DNA of 63,194 bases, from sequence record DRR723986_6692; one strand, 5' to 3'. Positions 21,375 through 32,305 of this stretch are shown here, one piece after another (the first letter of the stretch is position 1; each line of letters starts with the position of its first letter). The notes under the pieces were generated by a model. It had not been told where the DNA came from. It saw only the letters and a program-made list of their open reading frames with translations, and did not search any database. A program made the translations under genes and the position numbers.

Positions 21375-22022
21375 TTAGTATGTGGGGTTTTGGGTGCAGT
21401 ATGTTTGCATTAATGTGTCAGCTATTTCTGCGGCTGCGTCTACATGTTCCACGTCCACATTCAGGCCGTAAATAACAAACACCAGATTCTCAGTTTTCTC
21501 TGTCACGGCGGTTCTGTCGCTGTCGGAATAGGGAGAGCCGAATGGCCCGCCGTCATCTGCCAACACCGGCAAGCCCTCCAGGTTAATACCGCCCCGGCCA
21601 ATGCCGTCATAGGTTTCGCCGGGTGTGGCAGGCCGAAGGGTCAGGTCGCCCTTTATCCATGCAGCATCATAACAACCCACCGGTAGGCCGGTCATCAGCG
21701 AGACCAGATTGCCGCTATCCACAACATTGTTGACCTTGTATAGGCCCTTGCCCGCTAGTGCGCGCCGGGTAAGCGCTTCGGACGATGGCCTGTAGCGGCT
21801 CGGGTCTTTGCCTGTGGCTTTGAACGCCGCGCGCACCGCAGCAATCACAGGGTCGCTGGAAGCAGCCTCACCCATCAATTCCTGTTGGCGTAGGGCGGCA
21901 CCATCTTCAATAGCGGCTAACAATGCAGTGGGTGTTTCGCTTACTGATACCTTGAAATCCAGCACCCCCAAATGCACCGGGAAGCCGAACTCAGCGAAAA
22001 TAGGGTCGATTGAAAGCTGCAT
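21375..22022 (-). CDS. Stand-alone B3/B4 (PheRS beta editing-like) domain protein
   Basis: GKDPSRYRPSSEAL, VNNVVDSGNLVSL, GCYDA, GSPYSDSDRT. Confidence 0.85.
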   Translation of the reverse strand: MQLSIDPIFAEFGFPVHLGVLDFKVSVSETPTALLAAIEDGAALRQQELMGEAASSDPVIAAVRAAFKATGKDPSRYRPSSEALTRRALAGKGLYKVNNVVDSGNLVSLMTGLPVGCYDAAWIKGDLTLRPATPGETYDGIGRGGINLEGLPVLADDGGPFGSPYSDSDRTAVTEKTENLVFVIYGLNVDVEHVDAAAEIADTLMQTYCTQNPTY

Positions 22023-22167
22023 ACATGTCTCGGATTATAGGCAGTTGTTATTGGTGGCCCCAGTTATCGGGGTCGTTACTGTCGTTTGGCGACAGGCCGA
22101 TAATATCACCGTCTGTGGAGACACCAAGCCCCAAAACTGTGCTCACGGTATGTGTGACACTGCTACA

Positions 22168-23619
22168 TTAACAATTTGTTTTTGAGCAAATTAGTTGAAC
22201 CTGATAATTACTTCCGACTTGGCCAAGAAAATTCGATCGACGAATCCCACCATCCTCTATGACTGTATTGATGGCTTCATACCCATCCGGCAATGTAACA
22301 TCAAAGGATTTTTTGAAAAATAGTCTAATTGAATGAGGGTACCTTATTGAATTACTTAAGGTTTTTCGTTTTCCCATTTCAACTAAACCAATTTCAATCG
22401 CTTCTGACGTTTTAGGACCATAAATGATGGTTTTTCCTATGCTCCCTTCATGCAGACGTCTTATTGGTAGTTGAAGAATGACACTTAGGTCTATTAAAAT
22501 AGAACCCCCAATTGGTACTGGCTCACTCAACAACAGTTTCGTCTCGGTTAATTTTGACGTGACCAATCTGCTTGAATTCTTGGGTCGCCAAATTTGAAGC
22601 GTTTGCTCTTTTCTGTCATTATATTTTTCAACAGGTTTCCAAGCCCTTGCTTTAGTAATCGTTGACCTCATTGAATGGCTGAATGGGATTGTAGTGATGG
22701 GGGTGTCTGAGGTGTTTTTGATTGTCCATTGCAAATTGCCACTCGCTTGGACCATGTTACTAGGGCCGGCTGGCAGTATATGTAAAGTTGTTGTTCTTTT
22801 TTTGATAGCAAGCTTGTCAGGCAGTCCTTTATCGACTTCATTTGCAGGAATTTCTTGTGCAAACCTTTTACTTTTTGGGAATTTGCACTGATTACTTTTG
22901 CAACCCAATGTAAAATGGTATTGGTTGTCGCCTGTACCCTTGAGCTTCCACTCTTTTACACCTGCGGCGATTTTTTTTGTATCGGTTAGATCAAACGAAT
23001 CTGGATTACCTAAGGTATATTTATCGTGTGAAATAATCGATATTGAATGGTTGATTGCAGGGTTTGTTTGAGGAATTGTTAGTTTACCGTTTTTAATAAA
23101 ACCAATTTCTGGTTGTGGTCCAACAATGAACCCCAAAAAAACAGTATGAAGATGTGAGCCATCTTTTTGTGGAAGTAGTTTAGCTTTGATATTGCCGCGA
23201 AACTTTATACTCAATATCAACGGTGTATTGGGCAGCCATTCGTCTTTCAATTCCAAAAAAGACCGCCTCATTGGCTCATTGCCGCTGCTGATCGCCTCGC
23301 CCAATCGCTTGGGCCAAATTTGGTTTATCTTTTTGTTGTCGCCCATACCAATTGTTGACGTTCCGTCCAGAACATCCATCGTATTGGAGTAAACTAATGG
23401 TATTTGGCTAACAGGCTGGTCTGATACGTTCAACACGTTCCAAAGCACATGTCCTTCAACGTACTTGAGCGTAGCGTTCCCACGAACATCTTTAACCATG
23501 ATTTGGCTGCTTCGATCTAAAATATGGACTTTTAAGCTATCGAGCTCTAGTGCTGTTGATGCTCTAGTCAAAGCCAGTGTAGTTAAAATGACAGAAAATA
23601 ATTTAATGTATAAAAACAC
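22168..23619 (-). CDS. Hypothetical secreted protein with two tandem homologous domains
   Basis: 483-aa ORF, GGGGAG RBS and GTG start, signal-peptide-like N-terminus, visibly AT-richer than flanks, internal repeat. Confidence 0.8.
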   Translation of the reverse strand: MFLYIKLFSVILTTLALTRASTALELDSLKVHILDRSSQIMVKDVRGNATLKYVEGHVLWNVLNVSDQPVSQIPLVYSNTMDVLDGTSTIGMGDNKKINQIWPKRLGEAISSGNEPMRRSFLELKDEWLPNTPLILSIKFRGNIKAKLLPQKDGSHLHTVFLGFIVGPQPEIGFIKNGKLTIPQTNPAINHSISIISHDKYTLGNPDSFDLTDTKKIAAGVKEWKLKGTGDNQYHFTLGCKSNQCKFPKSKRFAQEIPANEVDKGLPDKLAIKKRTTTLHILPAGPSNMVQASGNLQWTIKNTSDTPITTIPFSHSMRSTITKARAWKPVEKYNDRKEQTLQIWRPKNSSRLVTSKLTETKLLLSEPVPIGGSILIDLSVILQLPIRRLHEGSIGKTIIYGPKTSEAIEIGLVEMGKRKTLSNSIRYPHSIRLFFKKSFDVTLPDGYEAINTVIEDGGIRRSNFLGQVGSNYQVQLICSKTNC

Positions 23620-23653
23620 CTCGGCTCCCCCAAATATGAATTGTTAACTTAAC

Positions 23654-23683
23654 AAAAAAGGGGCCGCGAAAGCGACCCCTTTT
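23654..23683 (-). terminator. Rho-independent terminator of the beta-oxidation operon
   Basis: Minus strand AAAAGGGGTCGC-tttc-GCGGCCCC-TTTTTT just after the fadJ-like stop. Confidence 0.85.
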
Positions 23684-23706
23684 GGTATGGTGTTATGTCT
23701 CGGTGG

Positions 23707-25923
23707 TTACGCGGCTTTGGCGATCCGTCCGCGGGTGTCGCCTTTGGCATAAAAGCTCTCGCCGTTTGCCGCCATATCGCGCAGCATTTGCGGCGGTGTG
23801 AAGCGCGCGCCGTAGGCTTGTGCCAAGCGGTCTGCTTCTGCCACAAATTCAGCAACACCCATGGTGTCGATAAAGCTGAATGGGCCGCCGGTGAAGGGCG
23901 CGAAACCCCAACCGAAAATGGCACCGATATCGCCGGAGGATGCGTCTATAAGCACGCCTTCCTCGAAGCAGCGCGCTGCCTCAACGGCTTGGCGTACCAT
24001 GAAACGGGTTTTCACTTCATCCAGCGTTGGCTGGTCGTCTGCAACCGGGAAATGGTCAGCCAGACCGGGCCACAGGTATTTGCGGCCACCGTCTTCGGGG
24101 TACACATAGTTGCCTTTGCCGTTTTTGCGGCCAAAGCGCTCCAGATCAACCACCATTTTTTCAACGAAACCGTCCGCTGGGCTTTCAACATATTTGTCGC
24201 CCAGCGCCTTTTTGGTTGCCATGCCCACTTTGTAGGACAGGTCCAGCGCAACTTCGTCGCCAACCGCCAGCGGGCCAACAGGCATACCGGCCATTTTGCC
24301 AGCATTTTCGATCAAGGCAGGCTTTACGCCTTCCTGTACCATTGAATAGCCTTCCTGAACATAGGTACCGAAGCAACGGCTGGTGTAAAAACCGCGGCTG
24401 TCGTTTACCACAATCGGAGTTTTCTTTATCTGGCTCACATAATCCAGCGCCAGCGCCAGTGTGGCGTCATCGGTTTTCTCACCCATGATGATTTCCACGA
24501 GCGGCATTTTATCAACCGGTGAGAAGAAATGGATACCGATAAACTGGTGTGGGCGGGTGAAGTTTTTGGCTAAACCCGTAATTGGCAGCGTAGAGGTGTT
24601 GGAGGCGAACACAATGTTGTCGCCGATAACGGCTTCAGTGGCTTCAGTAACGGATTTCTTGATATCTTCAGCTTCAAACACGGCCTCGATAATCAGGTCA
24701 CAGTCTTTCAGGTCAGCATAATCAGACGTGGTGGTGATGCGCTCCAGAAGGGCGTCGCCTTTTTCCTGAGAAACTTTGCCGCGTTCCACACCTTTTTTGA
24801 CCAAGTTACGTGAGTAATCTTTGCCTTTTTCAGCCGATGCTTCGTCGCGGTCTAACAGCACAACATCCATGCCTGCCTTGGCGGAAACATAAGCTACACC
24901 TGCGCCCATAAGGCCAGCACCGAGCATGCCGAGGCGTTTGACTTTCTTGCGTTCAATACCCGCCGGACGCAAGGAGCCTTTTTCAACCGCTTGCTTGTTG
25001 ATGAACAAGCTACGGATCATGTTGCCTGCCACCGGGTCGGCGAGCAGCTTCATGAAATATTTGCTCTCGATACGGATGGCGGTATCAAAATCAACCACGC
25101 CGCCTTCAAACAGGCATGAAAGAATGGCCTGCACAGCCGGGTAGTTATGCTGGGTTTGCTTTTGCGCCATGGCGTTGGCACCAACAAATGTTTGCACGGC
25201 GGCTGGGTGCATTGCCCCTGCGCCGCCAGGGTATTTGAAGCCCTTTTTATCCCAAGGGGCGATAGCGCTGGATGATTTTTTCACCCATGCTTTGGCTTTT
25301 TCAACAACCTCAGTGGCAGGAGCCAGCTCATTTGCGATACCGAGGCCGAGGGCGATTTGCGCGTTGTATGGCTTGCCAGTGGTAACCGCACCTGCAGCGG
25401 CTTGAATGCCAACAATGCGAGGCAGGCGCTGGGTGCCGCCTGCACCGGGCAGCAAGCCAACTTGTACTTCAGGGAAGCCAAGTTGCATGCGTGGGTCGTC
25501 GGCAATCACGCGGTAATGGCACGCCAGAACCAATTCAAAGCCACCACCAAGCGCAAGGCCGTTAACCGCCGCCGCGAAAGGTTTTGTGCCTTCCTTGGCG
25601 AGAATTTTGCGATCTTTGTCACCGGTTTCCAGCTTGCGAAACAGCTTATTGAGGCCAAAGGCGGCTTCAAATGCTTGCTCGGGTGTTTGCTTGGATCCGG
25701 CTTGAGCGCCCAGCATGTTAAGATCAGCACCAGCAATAAAGGCTGGTTTGCCAGAGGTGATTACAGCGCCTTTTACGGCGTCATCAGCCAGCACTTTATC
25801 AACACATGTGTCCAAATCTTTGATCAACTGTGCGTTAAACACGTTCATGCTTGCGCCTGGAATGTCGATGGTTAGTAGGGCGATGCCGTCGGCGTCTACT
25901 TCATAACGAATTGTTTCGGTCAT
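23707..25923 (-). CDS. Fatty-acid oxidation multifunctional enzyme (enoyl-CoA hydratase/3-hydroxyacyl-CoA dehydrogenase, FadB/FadJ-like)
   Basis: [48 protein letters not shown]; start set at MTETIRYE after AGGAG. Confidence 0.93.
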   Translation of the reverse strand: MTETIRYEVDADGIALLTIDIPGASMNVFNAQLIKDLDTCVDKVLADDAVKGAVITSGKPAFIAGADLNMLGAQAGSKQTPEQAFEAAFGLNKLFRKLETGDKDRKILAKEGTKPFAAAVNGLALGGGFELVLACHYRVIADDPRMQLGFPEVQVGLLPGAGGTQRLPRIVGIQAAAGAVTTGKPYNAQIALGLGIANELAPATEVVEKAKAWVKKSSSAIAPWDKKGFKYPGGAGAMHPAAVQTFVGANAMAQKQTQHNYPAVQAILSCLFEGGVVDFDTAIRIESKYFMKLLADPVAGNMIRSLFINKQAVEKGSLRPAGIERKKVKRLGMLGAGLMGAGVAYVSAKAGMDVVLLDRDEASAEKGKDYSRNLVKKGVERGKVSQEKGDALLERITTTSDYADLKDCDLIIEAVFEAEDIKKSVTEATEAVIGDNIVFASNTSTLPITGLAKNFTRPHQFIGIHFFSPVDKMPLVEIIMGEKTDDATLALALDYVSQIKKTPIVVNDSRGFYTSRCFGTYVQEGYSMVQEGVKPALIENAGKMAGMPVGPLAVGDEVALDLSYKVGMATKKALGDKYVESPADGFVEKMVVDLERFGRKNGKGNYVYPEDGGRKYLWPGLADHFPVADDQPTLDEVKTRFMVRQAVEAARCFEEGVLIDASSGDIGAIFGWGFAPFTGGPFSFIDTMGVAEFVAEADRLAQAYGARFTPPQMLRDMAANGESFYAKGDTRGRIAKAA

Positions 25924-25948
25924 AATATTTACTCCTGAACAGCTGCGA

Positions 25949-27157
25949 CTAGACGCGCTCAATGATGGTTGCGGTGCCCATGCCGGCGCCGATGCAAAGG
26001 GTGGCCAGCGCCGTTGACTTGCCAGACCGCTCAAGCTCGTCAAGAACAGTGCCTAAGATCATGGCGCCTGTGGCACCCAGCGGGTGGCCCATAGCAATCG
26101 CGCCGCCGTTCACGTTGATGTCTGAATGGTCGATGTCCAGTGCTTCCATAAAGCGCAATACAACAGATGCAAAGGCTTCGTTCAGCTCCCAAACATCGAT
26201 GTCAGACTTGCTCATGCCAGCGCGCTTCAGCGCTTTTTCAGCGGCGAAACTTGGGCCGGTGAGCATGATAGTTGGCTCGGAGCCAACAGATGCCATGGAG
26301 CGAATGCGCGCCCGTGGTGTCAAGCCAAATTTCTCGCCCATTTCCTTGGAGCCCACGAGAACGGCAGCAGCGCCGTCCACGATGCCAGAGCTGTTGCCCG
26401 CGTGGTGAACGTGGTTGATTTTCTCAATCTCAGGATATTTTTGGATTGCCACATTATCGAAACCAAAGTTGCCCATATCAACGAAAGATGGCTTAAGAGC
26501 CCCCAGCGACTGCATGGTGGTTTCAGGGCGCATGAACTCGTCATGGTCCAGCACATTCATGCCGATCACGTCTTTTACGGGTACGATGGACTTTTTGAAG
26601 CGGTTATCATCCCATGACGCTTTTGCGCGCTTCTGGCTTTCAACAGCGTAAGCATCAACATCATCGCGGCTGTGGCCGTATTTGGTGGCGATCAAGTCTG
26701 CGGAAATGCCCTGAGGTACGAAGTAGCTATCAAAGGCAACAGACGGGTCCATTGGCCAAGCGCCGCCGTCCGAGCCCATAGGCACACGGCTCATGCTTTC
26801 AACGCCGCCGCCGATAGCCATGTCAGCTTCACCGGTCATAACCTTCGCTGCTGCCAAATTCACCGCTTCAAGGCCACTGGCACAAAAACGGTTGACCTGA
26901 AAACCTGCGGTGGTTTCGGCGTAACCGGCGTTAATAGCGGCAACGCGGGCGATGTCCGAGCCTTGCTCTCCCACTGGGGCTACGCAGCCCAGCGCCACAT
27001 CATCCACAAAGCTGGTGTCAAGGTCGTTGCGGTCACGAATGGCTTCCAATTGCTGGGTTGCAAGCTGAATGGGAGTGATTTCATGCAGGGAACCGTCTTT
27101 GCGGCCCTTGCCGCGCGGGGTTCTGACTGCGTCGTAAATATAAGCTTCGGTCATCAT
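25949..27157 (-). CDS. Acetyl-CoA C-acyltransferase (thiolase)
   Basis: [28 protein letters not shown]. Confidence 0.95.
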   Translation of the reverse strand: MMTEAYIYDAVRTPRGKGRKDGSLHEITPIQLATQQLEAIRDRNDLDTSFVDDVALGCVAPVGEQGSDIARVAAINAGYAETTAGFQVNRFCASGLEAVNLAAAKVMTGEADMAIGGGVESMSRVPMGSDGGAWPMDPSVAFDSYFVPQGISADLIATKYGHSRDDVDAYAVESQKRAKASWDDNRFKKSIVPVKDVIGMNVLDHDEFMRPETTMQSLGALKPSFVDMGNFGFDNVAIQKYPEIEKINHVHHAGNSSGIVDGAAAVLVGSKEMGEKFGLTPRARIRSMASVGSEPTIMLTGPSFAAEKALKRAGMSKSDIDVWELNEAFASVVLRFMEALDIDHSDINVNGGAIAMGHPLGATGAMILGTVLDELERSGKSTALATLCIGAGMGTATIIERV

Positions 27158-27200
27158 TGTTTTCCTATTGTTGCTTGGCTACTGCCGAGCTGGTACCTAA

Positions 27201-28994
27201 TTAAAAGTTGGCAGCTTCAAGCGCCATAACGTCGTCTGCGCCGGCTTCAAGTTCTGCAAGCAGGAACTTGATTTCTGGCATGCGGCGGTTGATGTAATAC
27301 CGACCAGTGATCAGTTTGTTCTCGAAGAAGGTAGGGTCGTCTGTGCCTTCGTCCAGCTTGTCGGCAGAGATTTTTGCAATTTTCATCCACATCAGGCCCA
27401 ATGTCACATGACCGAACAGATGCATGAAGGCAGTTGAGCCTGCGCCTGCATTGTCTGGGTTGCTCATGGCATTTTGCATGAGCCACATGGCGGCGCGCTG
27501 CAAGTCTGCGTTTGCGCTTTCAACAGCTTTTACAAAATCTGCGACTTTGTCATTGCCTCGTGCGGCTTCAATTTCAGTGGCAACATATTTGAAGAAACGT
27601 TGAATGGCTCGGCCACCGTTTGCGCCCAACTTGCGACCCACAAGATCAAGCGCCTGAATACCGTTAGTGCCTTCATATATCTGGGTGATGCGGGCATCGC
27701 GTACAAATTGCTCCATACCCCATTCGCTCACGTAACCGTGGCCGCCGTATACTTGCTGGCTGGCTGTTGCATTTTCATAACCGCGATCTGTGAACACGCC
27801 TTTGATGACCGGGGTCATCAGGCTGACCATGTCGTCTGCCCACTCGCGCTGTTTTTCGTCCTCCGCTTTGTGAGACAAGTCGATTAGCAAAGCGCACCAT
27901 AGTGCTTGGGCACGGGCTGCTTCGTTGAATGATTTGCTGTTCATCAGCATGCGGCGAACGTCCGGGTGCACTATGATGGGATCGGCAGGGCCGTCTGGGT
28001 TTTTTGCACCAGAGATGGCACGCATCTGGAGGCGATCGCGGGCATAGTCAGCGGCGTTTTGGTAAGCAACCTCTGAAAGGCCAAGGCCTTGCATGCCAAC
28101 GCCGATGCGAGCGGCGTTCATCATAATGAACATGGCGCGCAGGCCTTGGTTCTCTGTGCCCAGCATATAGCCGGTGGCACCGTCATAGTTAAGAACGCAG
28201 GTGGAATTGCCGTGGATACCCATTTTTTCTTCAATGGAGCCACATACAACGCCGTTACGCTCGCCCAATGAACCATCGTCATTCACCAAAAACTTTGGAA
28301 CGATAAAGAGTGAGATGCCTTTAACGCCTTTTGGCGCATCGGGTGTTTTTGCCAACACCAGGTGAATGATATTTTCACTCATGTCGTGCTCACCGGCAGA
28401 AATGAATATTTTCTGGCCGGTAATGGCATAACTGCCGTCACCTTTCGGTTCTGCTTTGGTGCGAATAAGGCCAAGGTCTGTACCGCAGTGGGATTCGGTT
28501 AAATTCATGGTGCCGGTCCATTCGCCGCTCACCATTTTAGGTAAATATGTTGCTTTTTGTTCTTCTGTGCCTTCAATGCGAATAGACGCCTTGGCGCCAG
28601 ATGAAAGACCAGGATACATGGCAAAAGCCATGTTGCTTGAGATCAGCATTTCTTCCATCGCGAAGCCTAAAACATGCGGCAGGCCCTGACCGCCCATGTC
28701 TGGTTCGTCTGTTAAACCGGCCCAACCACCTTGAACAAACTGGGCATAAGCCTCTTTGAAGCCCTTAGGTGTTGTAACAGAGCCGTCTTCGGCCCGAGTG
28801 CAGCCTTCCTGATCGCCGGAAAGGTTTAAAGGGGCTAGTTCATTTTCACAAAATTTTGCGCCTTCTTCTAAAATGGCGGCAATAAGGTCTGGGCTGGCGT
28901 CTTCGTATCCAGGCAGATGAGAATATTGGCTGATGTTGAGAACGTCGTTAAGCACGAAGTTCATGTCTTTTACAGGGGCGCGGTATGTAGGCAT
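27201..28994 (-). CDS. Acyl-CoA dehydrogenase (long form)
   Basis: [48 protein letters not shown]. Confidence 0.95.
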   Translation of the reverse strand: MPTYRAPVKDMNFVLNDVLNISQYSHLPGYEDASPDLIAAILEEGAKFCENELAPLNLSGDQEGCTRAEDGSVTTPKGFKEAYAQFVQGGWAGLTDEPDMGGQGLPHVLGFAMEEMLISSNMAFAMYPGLSSGAKASIRIEGTEEQKATYLPKMVSGEWTGTMNLTESHCGTDLGLIRTKAEPKGDGSYAITGQKIFISAGEHDMSENIIHLVLAKTPDAPKGVKGISLFIVPKFLVNDDGSLGERNGVVCGSIEEKMGIHGNSTCVLNYDGATGYMLGTENQGLRAMFIMMNAARIGVGMQGLGLSEVAYQNAADYARDRLQMRAISGAKNPDGPADPIIVHPDVRRMLMNSKSFNEAARAQALWCALLIDLSHKAEDEKQREWADDMVSLMTPVIKGVFTDRGYENATASQQVYGGHGYVSEWGMEQFVRDARITQIYEGTNGIQALDLVGRKLGANGGRAIQRFFKYVATEIEAARGNDKVADFVKAVESANADLQRAAMWLMQNAMSNPDNAGAGSTAFMHLFGHVTLGLMWMKIAKISADKLDEGTDDPTFFENKLITGRYYINRRMPEIKFLLAELEAGADDVMALEAANF

Positions 28995-29018
28995 AGGGTA
29001 ACCTCTTGGTACTATAAT

Positions 29019-29516
29019 CTATTGGGGGCCATAATTGGCGAGGGGCTCACCAGTTTCGGCGTGAATCCAGGTGCCGGTTTTTTCGTCTCGGACACCATTG
29101 CTAATCAGGGTACTAAAGCCCTGTATCTCTTTTATCGTTGCGTTCAGGTCATCGCGCTGGGCTTTGAGTGCTTTTATGCGTTCTTCGCAGCGGGCAAGGG
29201 TGACAGCGCGCTGGGTTTCGCGGCCATCGCCCAAATCATAAAGGTCAAGCATCTCGCCGATCTCCGCGAGCGAAAACCCTACGCGTCTACCGCGCAGTAT
29301 CCAGGCAAGGCGCACCCTGTCTGCATTTCTGTATATGCGGTGCTGGCCGTTACGCTCAGGCGAAAGCAGGCCTTGGTCTTCATAATAGCGCAGTGTGCGG
29401 GCCGTTACGTTATAGGCGGATGATAACTCTTTAATTGAATATTGCTGTGCGCTTTGACCGCCGCTGTTGCCGCTGCTGTTTCGATTGGCTTTTAAGTCTT
29501 TTGCCGGTGCATTCAT
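29019..29516 (-). CDS. MerR-family transcriptional regulator, LiuR-like
   Basis: YSIKEL...VTARTLRYYEDQGLLSPER...RVRLAWILRGRRVGFSLAEI; heads the acyl-CoA degradation operon. Confidence 0.9.
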   Translation of the reverse strand: MNAPAKDLKANRNSSGNSGGQSAQQYSIKELSSAYNVTARTLRYYEDQGLLSPERNGQHRIYRNADRVRLAWILRGRRVGFSLAEIGEMLDLYDLGDGRETQRAVTLARCEERIKALKAQRDDLNATIKEIQGFSTLISNGVRDEKTGTWIHAETGEPLANYGPQ

Positions 29517-29562
29517 ATTCACTGTAATCCGCAAAGCGATAATTAATGTGAACCATTAGATA

Positions 29563-29586
29563 GTTGACGTTAACGTTAACGTCAAC
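29563..29586. promoter_or_regulatory. Perfect 24-bp palindromic operator (LiuR-type)
   Basis: GTTGACGTTAACGTTAACGTCAAC equals its own reverse complement; overlaps TTGACG-N19-TCTAAT on the minus strand upstream of the MerR gene. Confidence 0.85.
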
Positions 29587-29726
29587 CCGGTGCGATTGTT
29601 TTTTCCTACCCGACTGGATTCCCACCATAATTTAGGCTGAAGCAGTTTAATTTGTTGGCCTTTACAAGGAACAAGCGATAAGAATCAGCGGACAAACCCA
29701 AATAAATTATGTGCAGGAGAGGGTAT

Positions 29727-30083
29727 ATGGCCCCGAAGTTTGAAAGCTTTGCCGAGTTTTTCCCTTATTATTTAGCGGAACATGCAAATCCCATATGCCG
29801 AAGCTTGCACTATATGGGCACTACACTGGCGTCTAGTGTGATGGCCTATGCTCTTTATAGCCAACAATGGTTACTGCTTATTGCCTTTCCCGTGATTGGC
29901 TATGGGTTTGCCTGGGTCGGGCATTATGGGTTTGAGAAAAACCGCCCCGCAACATTTGATTATGCGCGGTGGTCTTTAATGGGTGACTATAAAATGCTTG
30001 GTTTGTGGCTTACCGGCACCCTCGGCCCTGCGATGGCAGATGCGCTTGAGAAACATGGTCGGCATACGAGTAAAACTGCTTAG
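29727..30083 (+). CDS. DUF962 / Mpo1-like membrane protein
   Basis: FFPYYLAEH...LHYMGT...GYGFAWVGHYGFEKNRPATF...SLMGD. Confidence 0.87.
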   Translation: MAPKFESFAEFFPYYLAEHANPICRSLHYMGTTLASSVMAYALYSQQWLLLIAFPVIGYGFAWVGHYGFEKNRPATFDYARWSLMGDYKMLGLWLTGTLGPAMADALEKHGRHTSKTA

Positions 30084-30217
30084 TAAGGCTTTTTGCATCA
30101 CGATACCCTTATCCTGCACCGCATTCATTGCAATTTGGTTAGACATTGAGTACCACAGGTTAGGAATAGGGTGCCACCTGCGCCTTACTGCCTGACCAAT
30201 CAGGATCACCGTTTATA

Positions 30218-31147
30218 ATGCCGCTTTATCTTCCCATAGCCGAACTTTCGATGAACATTTTTTTGGTCATCGGTATGGGCGCGGTTGTTGGGTTTCTGTC
30301 TGGCATGTTCGGTGTTGGTGGTGGTTTCTTGATGACGCCGCTTTTGATATTTATGGGAATCCCGCCAGCGGTTGCGGTGGCAACCGAATCTAACGAAATT
30401 ACTGCTGCTTCCGTATCCGGTGCGCTTGCCCATTGGCGGCGACAGGGTGTTGACGTTAAAATGGGTGTCGTGCTGATTATTGGCGGGGCCGTTGGCTCCT
30501 TCTTCGGCGCGCAGGTTTTCACCTACTTGCGGTCCCTCGGTCAAGTAGACCTAATGATCTCACTAGCGTACGTGATGTTTTTAGGGTCGGTAGGCGGTTT
30601 AATGTTCTGGGAAAGCGTGCGTGCGATTGTACGCCAGCGCAAAGGCATCAAGCCCAAGCTGCCGCCGCGAGAGGACCGACACAAAGCATGGATTCATGCG
30701 CTGCCTTTCAAAATGCGTTTCCGCAAGTCACGCCTGTATATTTCAGCTCTTTTGCCTTTGGGAATAGGCATGTTCGTTGGTGTGCTGGCCGCGATAATGG
30801 GTGTTGGCGGCGGGTTTGTTATGGTGCCAGCAATGATTTATCTGCTGGGTATGCCAACCAATGTAGTTGTTGGTACATCCCTGTTTCAGATTATTTTTGT
30901 CACAGCACTAACAACCATATTCCATTCGGTGAACACGCAAACAGTTGATATTTTTCTGGCAGTTTTGCTGCTTGTCGGTGCTGTTGTGGGCGCACAGGTG
31001 GGCGCGCGCATTGGTCTGAAATTGCAAGGCGAACAATTGCGTGCTTTGCTTGCGCTGATGGTTTTGTTGGTGTGCGCAAAAATGGGTGTTGATTTGGTTG
31101 TTGAACCAACAGAGCTGTTTAGTGTTGGCGAAGCGGGGTCTCATTGA
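30218..31147 (+). CDS. Sulfite exporter TauE/SafE family protein
   Basis: Duplicated GMFGVGGGFL / AIMGVGGGFV motifs, multiple TMs. Confidence 0.92.
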   Translation: MPLYLPIAELSMNIFLVIGMGAVVGFLSGMFGVGGGFLMTPLLIFMGIPPAVAVATESNEITAASVSGALAHWRRQGVDVKMGVVLIIGGAVGSFFGAQVFTYLRSLGQVDLMISLAYVMFLGSVGGLMFWESVRAIVRQRKGIKPKLPPREDRHKAWIHALPFKMRFRKSRLYISALLPLGIGMFVGVLAAIMGVGGGFVMVPAMIYLLGMPTNVVVGTSLFQIIFVTALTTIFHSVNTQTVDIFLAVLLLVGAVVGAQVGARIGLKLQGEQLRALLALMVLLVCAKMGVDLVVEPTELFSVGEAGSH

Positions 31148-31905
31148 TGCGACGAATACGCCTGATATTTATGGTTGCTTTGCTGGCTTTTGCCGGGCAG
31201 CCCGTGGTTGCCTTGGTGACCGACCTTTCCAATAAGCGCATTGAAATTCGCTATAGCTTTAACGGCGCAGACCTTATTTTGTTTGGTGCAGTGGGGTCAT
31301 CTGCCGTTGACCCGGTGAATGATAATTTTGATGTGGTTATTGTGGTGCGCGGCCCTGAAGCAGAAACGGTTATTCGCCAAAAGGCTAAAGTTGGGCCCAT
31401 CTGGATTAACGATGACAGCCTGACGTTTCCGGCCGCACCGGGATACTATGCTGTTGCGGCCTCGAGGCCTTTATCACAAATCGCTAGTGATGCGGTTTTC
31501 GGAAGTTACGGCATTGGCTTTGATCATTTGCCATTAGTGGCAGAGACTTCCCGCGGTTTGGCCGCACCGGATGACGAATTCCGGGCGGCTTTGTTTCGCT
31601 TGCAGTCGAACAGTGGGCTTTTCCGTCAAGAACAAGACAGTGTTATTCATGTGGGCGAAGGGCTTTTTAAAACCGATATAAGGCTACCAGCAAATGTGCC
31701 CGTGGGGGACTTTTTGGTTGAAACCTTTATTTTCAAAGATGGGACCATAAAAGCCCGGAACCGTATTACTCTGGCCGTTGATAAGGAAGGGTTTGAACGC
31801 GCCGCGTATGATTTTGCGCACGGTTATCCATTTTGGTATGGGCTGGTCGCTGTGCTTGTAGCGTTGACGGCAGGATGGCTGGCAGGTGTGCTGGGCAAAA
31901 AATAA
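31147..31905 (+). CDS. TIGR02186-family conserved membrane protein
   Basis: YSFNGADLILFGAV, GPIWIN, LPANVPVG, C-terminal TM; TGATG coupling to tauE, the usual alphaproteobacterial pairing. Confidence 0.85.
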   Translation: MRRIRLIFMVALLAFAGQPVVALVTDLSNKRIEIRYSFNGADLILFGAVGSSAVDPVNDNFDVVIVVRGPEAETVIRQKAKVGPIWINDDSLTFPAAPGYYAVAASRPLSQIASDAVFGSYGIGFDHLPLVAETSRGLAAPDDEFRAALFRLQSNSGLFRQEQDSVIHVGEGLFKTDIRLPANVPVGDFLVETFIFKDGTIKARNRITLAVDKEGFERAAYDFAHGYPFWYGLVAVLVALTAGWLAGVLGKK

Positions 31906-31921
31906 AAGTGCTTACACGCCG

Positions 31922-32167
31922 CTAGGCGGCGATACCGCCTTTTTCAATTTCGAAAATAAATTTACCCTCGATTTCACGAACCATAATAAGTTTATGCCCT
32001 GCCATAGAACAGAAAGCAGGCATGTCTTGCACAGAAGCGGGGTCAGAAGCAGTAACAATTAGTTTTGCACCGTTGCTCAGGTCATCCAGCTTTCTCCGCG
32101 CACGCAGTATCGGCAGCGGGCATAGCAGGCCGGTTGCATCTAGCGTTTCTGGTTTATTGTTGTTCAT
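31922..32167 (-). CDS. Sulfurtransferase TusA family protein
   Basis: LDATGLLCPLP motif, DPASVQDMPAFC. Confidence 0.92.
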   Translation of the reverse strand: MNNNKPETLDATGLLCPLPILRARRKLDDLSNGAKLIVTASDPASVQDMPAFCSMAGHKLIMVREIEGKFIFEIEKGGIAA

Positions 32168-32305
32168 CAGATACCCTGAAATTTTCTTTTAAAGCGAAAG
32201 CGTCATTGCTGAACGAAACATAAGTTTACACCAGAAATTCTCAATAGGCAGTTAACAAATGTCTTGCGGTCAACATTCGGCGACAGCGTCGCTTAATAAA
32301 TGCGT

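Noticed and set aside
23695..24345. 216-aa antisense ORF over the FadJ-like gene (likewise 37263-37883, 47791-48423, 59907-60509 and others)
   Set aside because: Shadow frames of well-supported genes; no recognisable motifs.
25924..26043. 40-aa N-terminal extension of the FadJ-like ORF in the ORF track
   Set aside because: It overlaps the thiolase 3' end; an AGGAG RBS precedes the ATG at 25923.
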